A DNA stretch of 64,000 nucleotides from a virus. The stretch spans positions 14,443 through 78,442 of IMG/VR virus record IMGVR_UViG_3300032311_001250; one strand, given 5' to 3'. The position numbers were made by a program, and so were the translations under genes. The notes under the pieces were generated by a model that worked only from the letters and a program-made list of their open reading frames with translations, was not told the DNA's origin and made no database searches. Positions 38,507 through 46,897 of this stretch are shown piece after piece (positions within the stretch are counted from its first letter, which is position 1; each line of letters opens with the position of its first letter).

Positions 38507-39268
38507 CTACGGCAAAAACCGCACTTCAATAGTATTCTTCCAGCCCTTAACATTCTGACCATTACGGCCGTTTTTATAGGCCCCCAGGGCTGCCCATACC
38601 TGTGGTGACAAGTCTACCAGAGACCAGGCAGAGGCCGGTCCATCCGGGTGGCGCTGACGGCAGTCGCAGTAGTCAACGACCCACACCTCAACCGATTTAT
38701 GAGTGACGAGTGAGGTGATTAGCAACTTGTGGGTTGGGATTTGATGCCAAAGAGGCATCTGTTCGGCAATCCTCTTGCGAAGGGCCGGGCCAATGGCGGC
38801 GTACATGTTGTCAACGTACTCAAGGCCATTCCACGGCCGGACCAGCTTGCTCCAACTGCCCATGTCGCGGTAGTAGCAGCCCCACTCGGGATGACTCTTG
38901 CACTTACTCTTGCTGAGGTACTTGTTTTCCGGGTCAACTGATACCCACGTCTTCGGGTGGTCATACCACGACTTGGCGTGGTTATAAGCGTCGTAGGTTG
39001 TGCCAAAGCCAATCATTTTGTGAGCAGGGGCCCAATAGGCGCGGTCAAACGTCACGTCAACATTGGGGGTTTTTGGGTAATCATAGGACTGGATACCCGG
39101 AGCAGTAGCCGTCTCTACGCAAGGCGCGGGGGCGACGAGGAGTGCTCCCGCTACGGCCAGCGCAACGAGCACTGTCCACAATCGTCGGTGAGCTCTGCGT
39201 GCCGGTAGCTTCATGCGAGCCTCCTCCGGGTACGGTAGCAGCGCGCTAGACACGTGTCCACTAGACAT
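38507..39268 (-). CDS. Exported RlpA/expansin-like double-psi beta-barrel protein
   Basis: N-terminal TM/signal; KSVEVWVVDYCDC...LVDLSPQVWAALG. Confidence 0.72.
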   Translation of the reverse strand: MSSGHVSSALLPYPEEARMKLPARRAHRRLWTVLVALAVAGALLVAPAPCVETATAPGIQSYDYPKTPNVDVTFDRAYWAPAHKMIGFGTTYDAYNHAKSWYDHPKTWVSVDPENKYLSKSKCKSHPEWGCYYRDMGSWSKLVRPWNGLEYVDNMYAAIGPALRKRIAEQMPLWHQIPTHKLLITSLVTHKSVEVWVVDYCDCRQRHPDGPASAWSLVDLSPQVWAALGAYKNGRNGQNVKGWKNTIEVRFLP

Positions 39269-39377
39269 TTAACTACCTCCTCGCCAGCATTGCCGGCGCT
39301 TGTTTCCAAGACGAGTATACGCTATCCTCACTAGTGAGGCCATTGCCTACCACGAGCATATCATATCAGGGGGAACC

Positions 39378-39836
39378 ATGCCAGAAATCAGCACAGAAAA
39401 TATCGACGATCTGATCCTTCACCCGGATAATCCTCGTGAGGGGGATATTGGTGCGATTGTTACAAGCATCAAGAAGAACGGGTGGTTTGGCACGGTCGTA
39501 GCTCAGAAATCAACCGGCTATATTCTTGCAGGGAACCATCGCGTGCAGGCCGCTCGAATCTGCGGCATCAAAGAGGTCCCGGTATTCTGGGTGGACTGCG
39601 ACGATGAGCGTGCAAAGGCAATCCTTCTTGCGGATAACAAGACAGCGGAGCTGGCAAGCTGGAACGATGATACCTTGCTTGCGCTACTTCAGGAGGCAGA
39701 TGCCGGGAACTACCTTCTCGACACAGCATTCGATCAGGACGATATTCAGAAGCTTCTAGCCAAGCTTAATAGCGCAGATGGCGACGACGGGGACGTGTGC
39801 CCAACATGCGGCTCGAAGCGAAAGAAGGGCCGATGA
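39378..39836 (+). CDS. ParB/Srx-like domain protein
   Basis: HPDNPR...SIKKNGW...ILAGNHRVQAA...LADNKT. Confidence 0.88.
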   Translation: MPEISTENIDDLILHPDNPREGDIGAIVTSIKKNGWFGTVVAQKSTGYILAGNHRVQAARICGIKEVPVFWVDCDDERAKAILLADNKTAELASWNDDTLLALLQEADAGNYLLDTAFDQDDIQKLLAKLNSADGDDGDVCPTCGSKRKKGR

Positions 39837-39837
39837 G

Positions 39838-40275
39838 GTGGCATGGTATGAGGATCTTCCATTCGAGCTGGTCATTCCTGTCCAGATGCCTAAGCGTGAC
39901 CTTACCCGCTGGCGCAAATCGCTGACGGTTGTTGCGGCAATTGCAGAATCGCGGAAGATTGACCTGACGGTTGTCCGGCTGCACTACCACAACCCACCGA
40001 AGAGCCGATCAAGCTATGGCGATCATCATCCCATGGGTGAGGCAGAGACGGATTTTGGCGAAATTACCCTTTGCGCCAACGATGTAGATACTGCGGTGCA
40101 CGAGCTTGCGCACATCATCACTAAGGAAAACCACACAAGAAAGTGGGCGGAGACATATATCAAGCTTGCAACGGAGTATATGCCGATTGGCGTTGCAAAG
40201 CGCGCGCTTCGGCACGCATCAAAATTTTATAAGACGGTGCAGAAGCAGTCAATCAGCCTTGGGTTGATCGACTGA
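39838..40275 (+). CDS. Putative HExxH metallopeptidase
   Basis: AVHELAHI...H...W. Confidence 0.7.
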   Translation: MAWYEDLPFELVIPVQMPKRDLTRWRKSLTVVAAIAESRKIDLTVVRLHYHNPPKSRSSYGDHHPMGEAETDFGEITLCANDVDTAVHELAHIITKENHTRKWAETYIKLATEYMPIGVAKRALRHASKFYKTVQKQSISLGLID

Positions 40276-40470
40276 CGAGTTGCCCCAGTCCCCATACCGC
40301 CTCTTACGGTCTTTCTTAGGCGGACTTGGTTGATCAACAACGGCGCCAATGCATTCGTGGCAGATGTACTTCTGCCGGCCAGGTTCGTCCGGCCCATACT
40401 CCCAAATGCGGCCAATGCGACCACAGTGGTTGCAAACGCCAAGCGGCCTGATCGGGCGGCCGTACTTCAC
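40249..40470 (-). CDS. Zn-finger microprotein
   Basis: CNHC...ICHEC; GTG start after upstream stop. Confidence 0.55.
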   Translation of the reverse strand: MKYGRPIRPLGVCNHCGRIGRIWEYGPDEPGRQKYICHECIGAVVDQPSPPKKDRKRRYGDWGNSSVDQPKAD

Positions 40471-40471
40471 G

Positions 40472-40927
40472 CTAGGCAGGATCGTCCTCCGTATGGCCTT
40501 CCCACAGTACGTCCCATCGCCACATATTGTGACCAATGCGATAGAGGCCGCAGCAGCTGCTTGCGTCCACTCGGACGACAGCAGTCTCCGGGTTTTTGTC
40601 ACTTGGGTCGATGAGGTAGACCGCAGGGAGAAGTACATCAAACGAGATAATTGGCGAGTTTGGCCAGGCGCTCTTCAGTCGTCCATCCAGGAAAAGCTTG
40701 AGCCGTTCTACCTCGGAAATTGGAAAGGCCGGATTGACGTATTCCTCCTTGCCGAGCTCGTCAACGATGTGCCGTCCAATCATAGGAATCCAGTCGCCAT
40801 CCGGGATGGTGAAAAGCGCCTCTTCGCTGCGCTCCGGGTCACACAGACCACAACGCAAAAAATCCATTCCCTGCTCAGTAACACGCCTCTCCTGCTCGTC
40901 TACGTAAAATGTGGTGATGCTAGACAT
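40472..40927 (-). CDS. Hypothetical protein
   Basis: RBS AGGAGG. Confidence 0.7.
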   Translation of the reverse strand: MSSITTFYVDEQERRVTEQGMDFLRCGLCDPERSEEALFTIPDGDWIPMIGRHIVDELGKEEYVNPAFPISEVERLKLFLDGRLKSAWPNSPIISFDVLLPAVYLIDPSDKNPETAVVRVDASSCCGLYRIGHNMWRWDVLWEGHTEDDPA

Positions 40928-41228
40928 GGGTACCTCCTGTCTTATCCGTGCCGTTATCAAGGCCGGCAATATACGCCCAAACTAGGTTATAAAACTCCCG
41001 CTTGCTTTTAGCCGAGAGCTTCAGAACCGTACGATGACCGCCACGGTCGTTGACGGTCTGGACAAGCTGCAGGCCGCTACCGTTGTTCCATGTGTGGTAG
41101 TAGCCGACCTGCGAAACTTGCTTTCCGTCAATAGTGCTCCACAACTTGGACCCAGGCTCAAACCCACAGCGCCGATTTAGCGCGTCGACCCCGTCCTGGA
41201 TGTCCTTCTTTGTGTAGGTGTAGCTCAC
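40920..41228 (-). CDS. Phage hypothetical protein
   Basis: QLVQTVNDRGG...SKREFYN...YIAGL; GTGA overlap. Confidence 0.72.
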   Translation of the reverse strand: MSYTYTKKDIQDGVDALNRRCGFEPGSKLWSTIDGKQVSQVGYYHTWNNGSGLQLVQTVNDRGGHRTVLKLSAKSKREFYNLVWAYIAGLDNGTDKTGGTHV

Positions 41229-41347
41229 TTCTTCTTCCCGGTCTTTGCGTAGCGAGTCGCAGCGTTGCTGCGAAGATGCCGGCGATACTCGGTAATGCCG
41301 GTGACCAAGATGGCGAGGAACGCGATCCCAAAGAAAATTGTACCCAT
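41225..41347 (-). CDS. Single-TM micropeptide (40 aa)
   Basis: RBS AAGGAG; MGTIFFGIAFLAILVTGITEYRRH... Confidence 0.65.
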   Translation of the reverse strand: MGTIFFGIAFLAILVTGITEYRRHLRSNAATRYAKTGKKK

Positions 41348-41358
41348 GATTACTCCTT

Positions 41359-41448
41359 CTACAATACGCCGACCGCGCTGGCCAGCAACCAGATTAACCC
41401 ACCGACCAATGCGGTGATAATCAGATCATACACCCTACCAGTCCTCAT
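41359..41448 (-). CDS. Hydrophobic micropeptide (29 aa)
   Basis: RBS GGAGGG; MRTGRVYDLIITALVGGLIWLLASAVGVL. Confidence 0.55.
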   Translation of the reverse strand: MRTGRVYDLIITALVGGLIWLLASAVGVL

Positions 41449-41647
41449 CGCACCCTCCGGCGCACCAGTCGCTGCCGCACCCGGGGCAAAGACCCTGCTC
41501 TTGGGCGGATTGCTGCAGCTCATACACATTAGATTTAACCTCGTCAAGGAACCCGTTGCAGCATTCGCAAGCAGAATATTGCGTCGCCTGGGCGCTGTCT
41601 TCGCAGTCAACGTGAATATGCCCGTCAATATGGCCGCTATGCGCCAT
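41435..41647 (-). CDS. Cys/His-rich microprotein
   Basis: CECC, CPGC, WCAGGC; RBS GGCGGA. Confidence 0.6.
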   Translation of the reverse strand: MAHSGHIDGHIHVDCEDSAQATQYSACECCNGFLDEVKSNVYELQQSAQEQGLCPGCGSDWCAGGCDEDW

Positions 41648-41975
41648 GGATTTCCGCCGTGAATGTCTTTGGCTTCAGCTTGGCCGCCCGGCAAACTACG
41701 TACCCGGTGGGCTCCATTGCGCTTTCATGAAGTTCAAGGATGCCCTGATCGAGGAGGGCCTGAACAAACGGCTCATTTTCGCTCCAATGCTTGAGCCAGA
41801 ACCAGCCACGCGGCGGCTGCGTATCAAGATCGACGCTTAGCCGACAGTACGGTTCATGCGTCACTGCAACCTCGCCGATGCACTTGCTTCCAACCTGATG
41901 CAAGACGATACGGTCTCCGTTGAACTCCACGGTTCGAAATGCCTCCGGTGGCAGCTCAGAAATCTTTTCCATCAT
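41637..41975 (-). CDS. Hypothetical protein (DUF4313-like)
   Basis: EPYCRLSV...KHWSENE...L...GI...GYV. Confidence 0.65.
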   Translation of the reverse strand: MMEKISELPPEAFRTVEFNGDRIVLHQVGSKCIGEVAVTHEPYCRLSVDLDTQPPRGWFWLKHWSENEPFVQALLDQGILELHESAMEPTGYVVCRAAKLKPKTFTAEIHGA

Positions 41976-41985
41976 ACCCCACATA

Positions 41986-42276
41986 TCAGATGCCCTCATG
42001 CTCACAGCAATTCCCCGCAGAGCATCCAACGCACGCGCACACATCGCACGCATCGAATACCGGGGGCTCAACCGGGTGCGGCTCCTCCACAAAGGCCAAG
42101 CTCATCACCCTTCTCCATTCGTGATGATCCGAGTTAAAGCAACTAAAGCCATCAGAGTTGCCGCACTCGCACGGAGCATTTGAGGAAAACCATAACGCGC
42201 TGCTCGGGCTTAACAGCCCAAGACGATACCGCTGCCAGGCCTGCTCGAGCGACCAGCGCATGTCGTCTCCGATCAT
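41986..42276 (-). CDS. Cys-rich protein
   Basis: DACDVCACVGCSAGNCCEH; ATGA overlap. Confidence 0.62.
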   Translation of the reverse strand: MIGDDMRWSLEQAWQRYRLGLLSPSSALWFSSNAPCECGNSDGFSCFNSDHHEWRRVMSLAFVEEPHPVEPPVFDACDVCACVGCSAGNCCEHEGI

Positions 42277-42437
42277 TGAATATTCCTCCCGACATCTACG
42301 TACAAAGCGACAAGACCAAAGAGTAGGAACAAGCCAGATAGCACGATGTTAAGGGGGTCCTTGGCGACAACGCCAGCCCACATCAAAAACGCTCCGCCTC
42401 CGATAATGACGAGATCCTCCGCAAACTCAAGCTTCAT
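42273..42437 (-). CDS. Small two-TM protein
   Basis: RBS AGGAGG. Confidence 0.68.
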   Translation of the reverse strand: MKLEFAEDLVIIGGGAFLMWAGVVAKDPLNIVLSGLFLLFGLVALYVDVGRNIQ

Positions 42438-42753
42438 GTAACGCCTCCTGAATGTAATGCTTGGCAATCTCGTGCCATTCTACCTTAGGTAGATAGCTGC
42501 TGTAAATGGCATCAGCAGCCGGACCGCGCAAGTCGTCCTGGTTTAAATGGCCCAGATACATTTCTTCGCAATACGTCTGTAGCCATTCTGCCAGCGAGCA
42601 GGTAGCTCCGGCGATGTCCATTTCCGTTTCGCCCGTAAAATCTTCAAGCTCTCGGTTTGCCTGACTCAAAATGCTCTCGTCATTGCTTTCTCCAATCCAG
42701 AGCGCCATGTTCCAAGTTTCCCAGTTTACCCAGCCGTTGTATTCACTGCACAT
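42427..42753 (-). CDS. Phage hypothetical protein
   Basis: YNGWVNWETWNMALWI...VEWHEIA. Confidence 0.8.
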   Translation of the reverse strand: MCSEYNGWVNWETWNMALWIGESNDESILSQANRELEDFTGETEMDIAGATCSLAEWLQTYCEEMYLGHLNQDDLRGPAADAIYSSYLPKVEWHEIAKHYIQEALHEA

Positions 42754-42768
42754 GGTTATCCTTCCCGC

Positions 42769-43326
42769 CTAGAACGGCAGATCTGTCCAGCTGCTGACCT
42801 TGTGGCCGCAGCACTCCGGAACCTTTGCAAAGTCGCCAATGCTTCGCTTATTCTTGAGCTCGACCATCATGCGCTCGCAGCAGAGGCTGCACTTGCATGA
42901 CCTGCACAGGTAATCGTCGTTAGCAATCAGGCGATCCCAGTGCGCGACCTCCATTGACGCCGCAGCTCCAAGCACCTCAATAAATGCCTTGTCTTCCGGG
43001 AGTACGCCGACATGGTCACGCCGCAGGAATACGGTGCATGACTGGCTAATGGCCTGTAGGCGCTGCTCAAGTGCTTTGATGATTTTATTGCGATATTCGA
43101 TCTCGTTGCGCAGATCATCGATCTGGTAGCGTGCAGGCTTGCCGTGCGCACTGTTCCAGTATTCAAGATGCTCGCAGCACTTGTCTGACAAGCATCCGGC
43201 ACACGCGCACAGCTGGCACGCATCCAGGGAAATCTTTGGAACCTTGGCAAGGTACTCATCTCCCACTTCTTCGTCGTACCGAACGACCTCAATGTACTCA
43301 ACTTTTGACTTCTTCTTGACCATCAT
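42769..43326 (-). CDS. Cys-rich coiled-coil protein
   Basis: RBS AAGGAG; two Cys clusters. Confidence 0.7.
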   Translation of the reverse strand: MMVKKKSKVEYIEVVRYDEEVGDEYLAKVPKISLDACQLCACAGCLSDKCCEHLEYWNSAHGKPARYQIDDLRNEIEYRNKIIKALEQRLQAISQSCTVFLRRDHVGVLPEDKAFIEVLGAAASMEVAHWDRLIANDDYLCRSCKCSLCCERMMVELKNKRSIGDFAKVPECCGHKVSSWTDLPF

Positions 43327-43336
43327 TACTCCTTCT

Positions 43337-43750
43337 TTATCCTTCAAGCGGCAGCGTTGCCGTGAACTGCGGATCGTCGCCAAGCTCTGGCATATCTTCA
43401 ACCCATGTCCAGTTCATTGAGCCAATATCATAGCGCCCACAGCACGGGGTTGCGGGAATCTCCACAAGATCATCGTCAAACGAACGACCACCGCCACTCA
43501 TGACAAACACATCATCACGGGCGTTATATGAGGCGAACTCCACTGCGTCGCCCTTGTCGTTGTGCTCGGCTGCGAGCAGGTGCGTATCCGCCGCAACGCG
43601 CAGGGCGGTCTGGAAATCAAAGGCCGGGCAGACCCAGCCGTTCCAGCGGTAATCGGTGCGGATGCGTGCGGTATACACGCCCATTGTGCCCTCGCCGAGG
43701 GTCACCTTAATCTCCGTGCTCGTTGCCGGATCGCAATGCTTGCAGCTCAT
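43337..43750 (-). CDS. Phage hypothetical protein
   Basis: RWNGWVCPAF...YDIGSMNWTW; promoter TTGACA-N18-TAAGAT upstream. Confidence 0.75.
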   Translation of the reverse strand: MSCKHCDPATSTEIKVTLGEGTMGVYTARIRTDYRWNGWVCPAFDFQTALRVAADTHLLAAEHNDKGDAVEFASYNARDDVFVMSGGGRSFDDDLVEIPATPCCGRYDIGSMNWTWVEDMPELGDDPQFTATLPLEG

Positions 43751-43818
43751 TTACTGCCTCCTACTACTAGGCGGGACATCCCCGCTAACTGCATCTTAAG
43801 GTATGGGGTATTAGGTTG

Positions 43819-44058
43819 TCAAATCTTCCGCTTAAGCTCTTTGGCCATTTCGGTCACCGGATCGGGGTTGATCGGCCGAAGGAACTTAAACCGGGCAGCT
43901 TGCTCTAGCCGGTCGTCCAGAATCTCATCCAGGGAACGGCGCTCAGTGGCGGCTGCCGCCTGTTCGCACTCTGGGCTGCAGCACTTGCTTTCTGGCTGCT
44001 CATCCATGGTCTTACCGCAATAGAAACACCACGGGCGAAAGCATTCAGTCACGTTCAT
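43819..44058 (-). CDS. Zn-finger microprotein
   Basis: CFYCG...CCSPEC. Confidence 0.65.
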   Translation of the reverse strand: MNVTECFRPWCFYCGKTMDEQPESKCCSPECEQAAAATERRSLDEILDDRLEQAARFKFLRPINPDPVTEMAKELKRKI

Positions 44059-44286
44059 CTATCGGATTCTCCTAATTTTCCAGCTGCGCGTGCCGTACGG
44101 ACGGCGCATAATCCACCCATCATGCTCGAGCTTATTGACAGCACGCTGCACCGTACTCCGGCCGCAGTTCAGGATTTCGGTCATTTCCTGGAACGTCGGG
44201 GATCGATTCCAGGTATCCATGTATTCCCGCATGGCAATAAGCACCTCATCCGGGGTTGGGGCGCCCTCGGGTCGATTAGCCTTCAT
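44059..44286 (-). CDS. LexA-type DNA-binding domain-only protein
   Basis: SPTFQEM...STVQRAVNKLEHDGWIMR...RS; no S24 peptidase domain. Confidence 0.8.
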   Translation of the reverse strand: MKANRPEGAPTPDEVLIAMREYMDTWNRSPTFQEMTEILNCGRSTVQRAVNKLEHDGWIMRRPYGTRSWKIRRIR

Positions 44287-44684
44287 CCTGCCACCGAATA
44301 CGCGCGCATCTTGCGCATCCTGCTTGGGTGCCGGAGTGTCGTCAGGGCGGCGTTTTCGATCTGGCGCACACGCTCTCGGCTCAGGTTGTACTTTTGTCCA
44401 ACCTCTTCCATCGTCATTGGGCGGTTCAGGCCAATCCCGTAGCGCATAGAGAGGATGTCCCGGTCGCGTTCAGGCAGACTTTCGAGCATTTCGTGGATTA
44501 ACCTTACCATATCGGATGTCAAACTCAGCTCTTCCGGAGATGGCTCCGGTGACTCAATGAGATCCCCCAAGGTTGCTTCGTTGTCTTCCCCATAGGTTTT
44601 ATCCAAGGACGACAGCGTGACCATATCGAGCATCGCTCTCATTTCCCGCACATCGTCGGCGGTAATGACCTTCTTTTTTGTCAT
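44283..44684 (-). CDS. Truncated sigma70-like protein (regions 3.2-4 only)
   Basis: SLDK..GED..ATLGDLIE; LPERDRDILSMRYG; TMEEVG..YNLSRERVRQIE..AL..LRHPSR. Confidence 0.88.
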   Translation of the reverse strand: MTKKKVITADDVREMRAMLDMVTLSSLDKTYGEDNEATLGDLIESPEPSPEELSLTSDMVRLIHEMLESLPERDRDILSMRYGIGLNRPMTMEEVGQKYNLSRERVRQIENAALTTLRHPSRMRKMRAYSVAG

Positions 44685-44884
44685 CGTCGCTTCTCCTTTC
44701 CTACTGTGTGCCACCGCTCTCGCTGGTAGGCTTTTCGCCGCTCAATTGCCTCCGAACTTCGGAGCTTTTTCCAATAGGGCTTTTCTTTTTCGCAGGCAAT
44801 ACACCGATCAGCCTCCGGAGTCTCATAAAACTCCGTATCCGGCGGCCACTGCTCGTTGCACCCCTTGCAGGTTTTTAGATTCAT
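44681..44884 (-). CDS. Zn-binding microprotein
   Basis: KTCKGC...EFY...CIAC; overlaps on both sides. Confidence 0.65.
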   Translation of the reverse strand: MNLKTCKGCNEQWPPDTEFYETPEADRCIACEKEKPYWKKLRSSEAIERRKAYQRERWHTVGKEKRR

Positions 44885-45282
44885 CAGAACTCCCCACACG
44901 TCAGAGGCAGCTTGTCCAGTGTTTCTTTCCAGCGCCGCTCGACTCCCGCAATGTCGGCGGGGTTGGTGGCGAGCCACGGCCAGTCGGAGATCACGATAGC
45001 ACGAGCTTTATTGGCACAGGGACTATCGGGGGCTCGGTCAAGCTCCGTCTGAAACTTCTCGATCTTCCCCTGCAAGTCCATGTACCAGTGCCAGTCGGGC
45101 TTCCACTCAATGGCCGGCCCCATGATGTACATACTCTCGTGCCAGTAGAAGACCTCGGAGTAAAGCTCCGTCAACTGGCTAGAGAATCGGGATGAGTCCG
45201 TCCCCTTGGCGGGGGTGTTGATCAGGATGGCTGCGGTGACTCCAAACCAGAGGCCCAAAAAAGCGGCAATCTTTAAAGCCAT
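44884..45282 (-). CDS. Exported hypothetical protein
   Basis: N-terminal hydrophobic signal. Confidence 0.68.
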   Translation of the reverse strand: MALKIAAFLGLWFGVTAAILINTPAKGTDSSRFSSQLTELYSEVFYWHESMYIMGPAIEWKPDWHWYMDLQGKIEKFQTELDRAPDSPCANKARAIVISDWPWLATNPADIAGVERRWKETLDKLPLTCGEF

Positions 45283-45284
45283 AC

Positions 45285-45503
45285 TTATAACCCCTCTGGG
45301 GATGCCTTCCGACTTTCCCCTACTTTCTTGCCGGTCTGAGTTTCATACTTACCCTTGGCTTTTTGCATGCACTCCTTGCAGAGTCGGCTCCACCATCGAT
45401 GTTCATTGATGTAATACCCAACGGAGTTTCCTCGGCACTCGTTACACGCATAGTACTTCAGGCTAGGCCGCCACATGATATAGGGCTCAATAGGCGCGCT
45501 CAT
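45285..45503 (-). CDS. Zn-finger microprotein
   Basis: CNEC...LCKEC; ATGA overlap. Confidence 0.6.
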   Translation of the reverse strand: MSAPIEPYIMWRPSLKYYACNECRGNSVGYYINEHRWWSRLCKECMQKAKGKYETQTGKKVGESRKASPEGL

Positions 45504-45679
45504 CCGGGCATCCCGGCATACTTGCGGCGGTATACCTTTCGTCGCGCCTCTACGCACGGATCGCATAGTGGCACCGCACCGCCATCATCAAGCCAGACGG
45601 CGCGAGCCTTATCGTCGCAGTCGCGGCACTTCAGATCTGTCGTTGGGGTTTCGTCCTTGCGGATCACCATCGGCTCCAT
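45500..45679 (-). CDS. Zn-finger microprotein
   Basis: CRDC...LCDPC; TAATG overlap. Confidence 0.62.
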   Translation of the reverse strand: MEPMVIRKDETPTTDLKCRDCDDKARAVWLDDGGAVPLCDPCVEARRKVYRRKYAGMPG

Positions 45680-45891
45680 TAGCGGCACCCGACGGCTACG
45701 GCCTCACCGGCAATGTCAATGCCATTTGGGGCAGGGTCGGGATAGACGGCAACATCAACGCCGCACTTGGTGCAGATCGCAACGCTATGGGCGTTCCACC
45801 CGGTGCCGATGAGATGGGTGAACTTTCCGAGCTGGTGGCCGCGCATCTTGGCGGCCTTGCGTGCCTGCTTCCTAAGGTTTCGTGTTTTCAT
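45679..45891 (-). CDS. Small basic Zn-binding protein
   Basis: RBS AGGAGG; RGH...CTKCG. Confidence 0.72.
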   Translation of the reverse strand: MKTRNLRKQARKAAKMRGHQLGKFTHLIGTGWNAHSVAICTKCGVDVAVYPDPAPNGIDIAGEAVAVGCR

Positions 45892-45906
45892 CTTAACCTC
45901 CTACTA

Positions 45907-46059
45907 TGGTGCCGGGAGGCGGGGTAGGAGTCCCACCTCAACCGGCATAGATGACACCACCGGGTTATGGCGAACCGTCCTACTTCCGAAAGCAGAAGAA
46001 CCACACAAGCTTTCGCTTACTCTTCTTTTCCCGGTTGATAGGTGTTCCCCGGTGATGCC
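45907..46059 (-). ncRNA. Candidate structured leader/riboswitch-like RNA
   Basis: TTGACA-N18-TAGGCT puts +1 at 46059; 12-bp closing stem 46059-48/45964-53; two internal hairpins; second hairpin with anti-SD loop. Confidence 0.55.
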
Positions 46060-46103
46060 AAGAGGAGCCTAGCAGGCCTGATATTTGTCTGTCAAATTTC
46101 AGG

Positions 46104-46223
46104 TCAACGCCGTTTATTCTTGCGGCTTTCCTTGATCTCATACCGTGCTTGTTCAATGATGATGAGCACCCCAATAGCAATCGCCACCGCCCATGCCCAA
46201 TCTCCATAGCTCATGTGATTCAT
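46104..46223 (-). CDS. Single-TM micropeptide (39 aa)
   Basis: RBS GGAGGGAG; MNHMSYGDWAWAVAIAIGVLIIIEQARYEIKESRKNKRR. Confidence 0.6.
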   Translation of the reverse strand: MNHMSYGDWAWAVAIAIGVLIIIEQARYEIKESRKNKRR

Positions 46224-46696
46224 TGTTCATCTCCCTCCGGTCGATTACTGTATCACGTGGTTATTACATTTTGGCACTAAGGACTTCTACGCCAGTGAGC
46301 CTCGGGCTCGGCCCGAAAACGCCGAAGGCGGTTGAGCCGTGAGGCGAGGGTCACGGTGCCGTGAGGCAGGCGCCGTACAAGCTCCATAGGGATAGAGAAC
46401 GACTAAGAGAACGTAGTAGGGAACAACGCCTTCATTCATGGCTAATTCTTCCTGTGCTGGGGACTACTTGCTCCTGCCTGTGCTATGACCAGTTATTCCC
46501 TGCGCTGGTACTTTGTTTGAGGTTGTGGCGTGTGGGTGGTGGTTTGGTGTCTGAAACGGGAAGATGATATTTGGCTGGTGGATTTGGGTGGTTGCCACGG
46601 CGGGGGGTTATTCCAGGCCGTTTATGCCCCTCTTCACAACCATCATATCTAAGGTTATTCCAGCCCTTTTCCGCACGAGTTATTCCCCCAGCTCCA

Positions 46697-46762
46697 GTTA
46701 TTCCGGGGTTATTCCAGGGTTATTCCGGAGTTATTACGGAGTTATTCAGGAATAATTACGGC
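46697..46762 (+). repeat. Six tandem 11-bp repeats (GTTATTCCRGR-like), with dispersed copies at 46492, 46607, 46654, 46679
   Basis: Units start at 46697, 46708, 46719, 46730, 46741, 46752 (last degenerate). Confidence 0.85.
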
Positions 46763-46897
46763 TTCTTAACCAAATCGACCCACAGGCAACGCGCTGGGCA
46801 GATTAAGGCTTCTTAACCTTCGCTGGGTTTGACAGCTGGCTCTCTATCCCCTATGGTGGTACTGCCCTCTTTGGGGTATGTAGTAGGAGGTACCGGT

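Noticed and set aside
401-40112. Exact 18-nt repeat GGTGCACGAGCTTGCGCA at 401 and 40095
   Set aside because: Both encode VHELAH with preferred codons and the flanks are unrelated, so it is not evidence for a DGR or recombination pair.
45980-46207. 75-aa ORF from the track
   Set aside because: It crosses a consensus promoter and the structured RNA. A 39-aa TM ORF in another frame has the SD.
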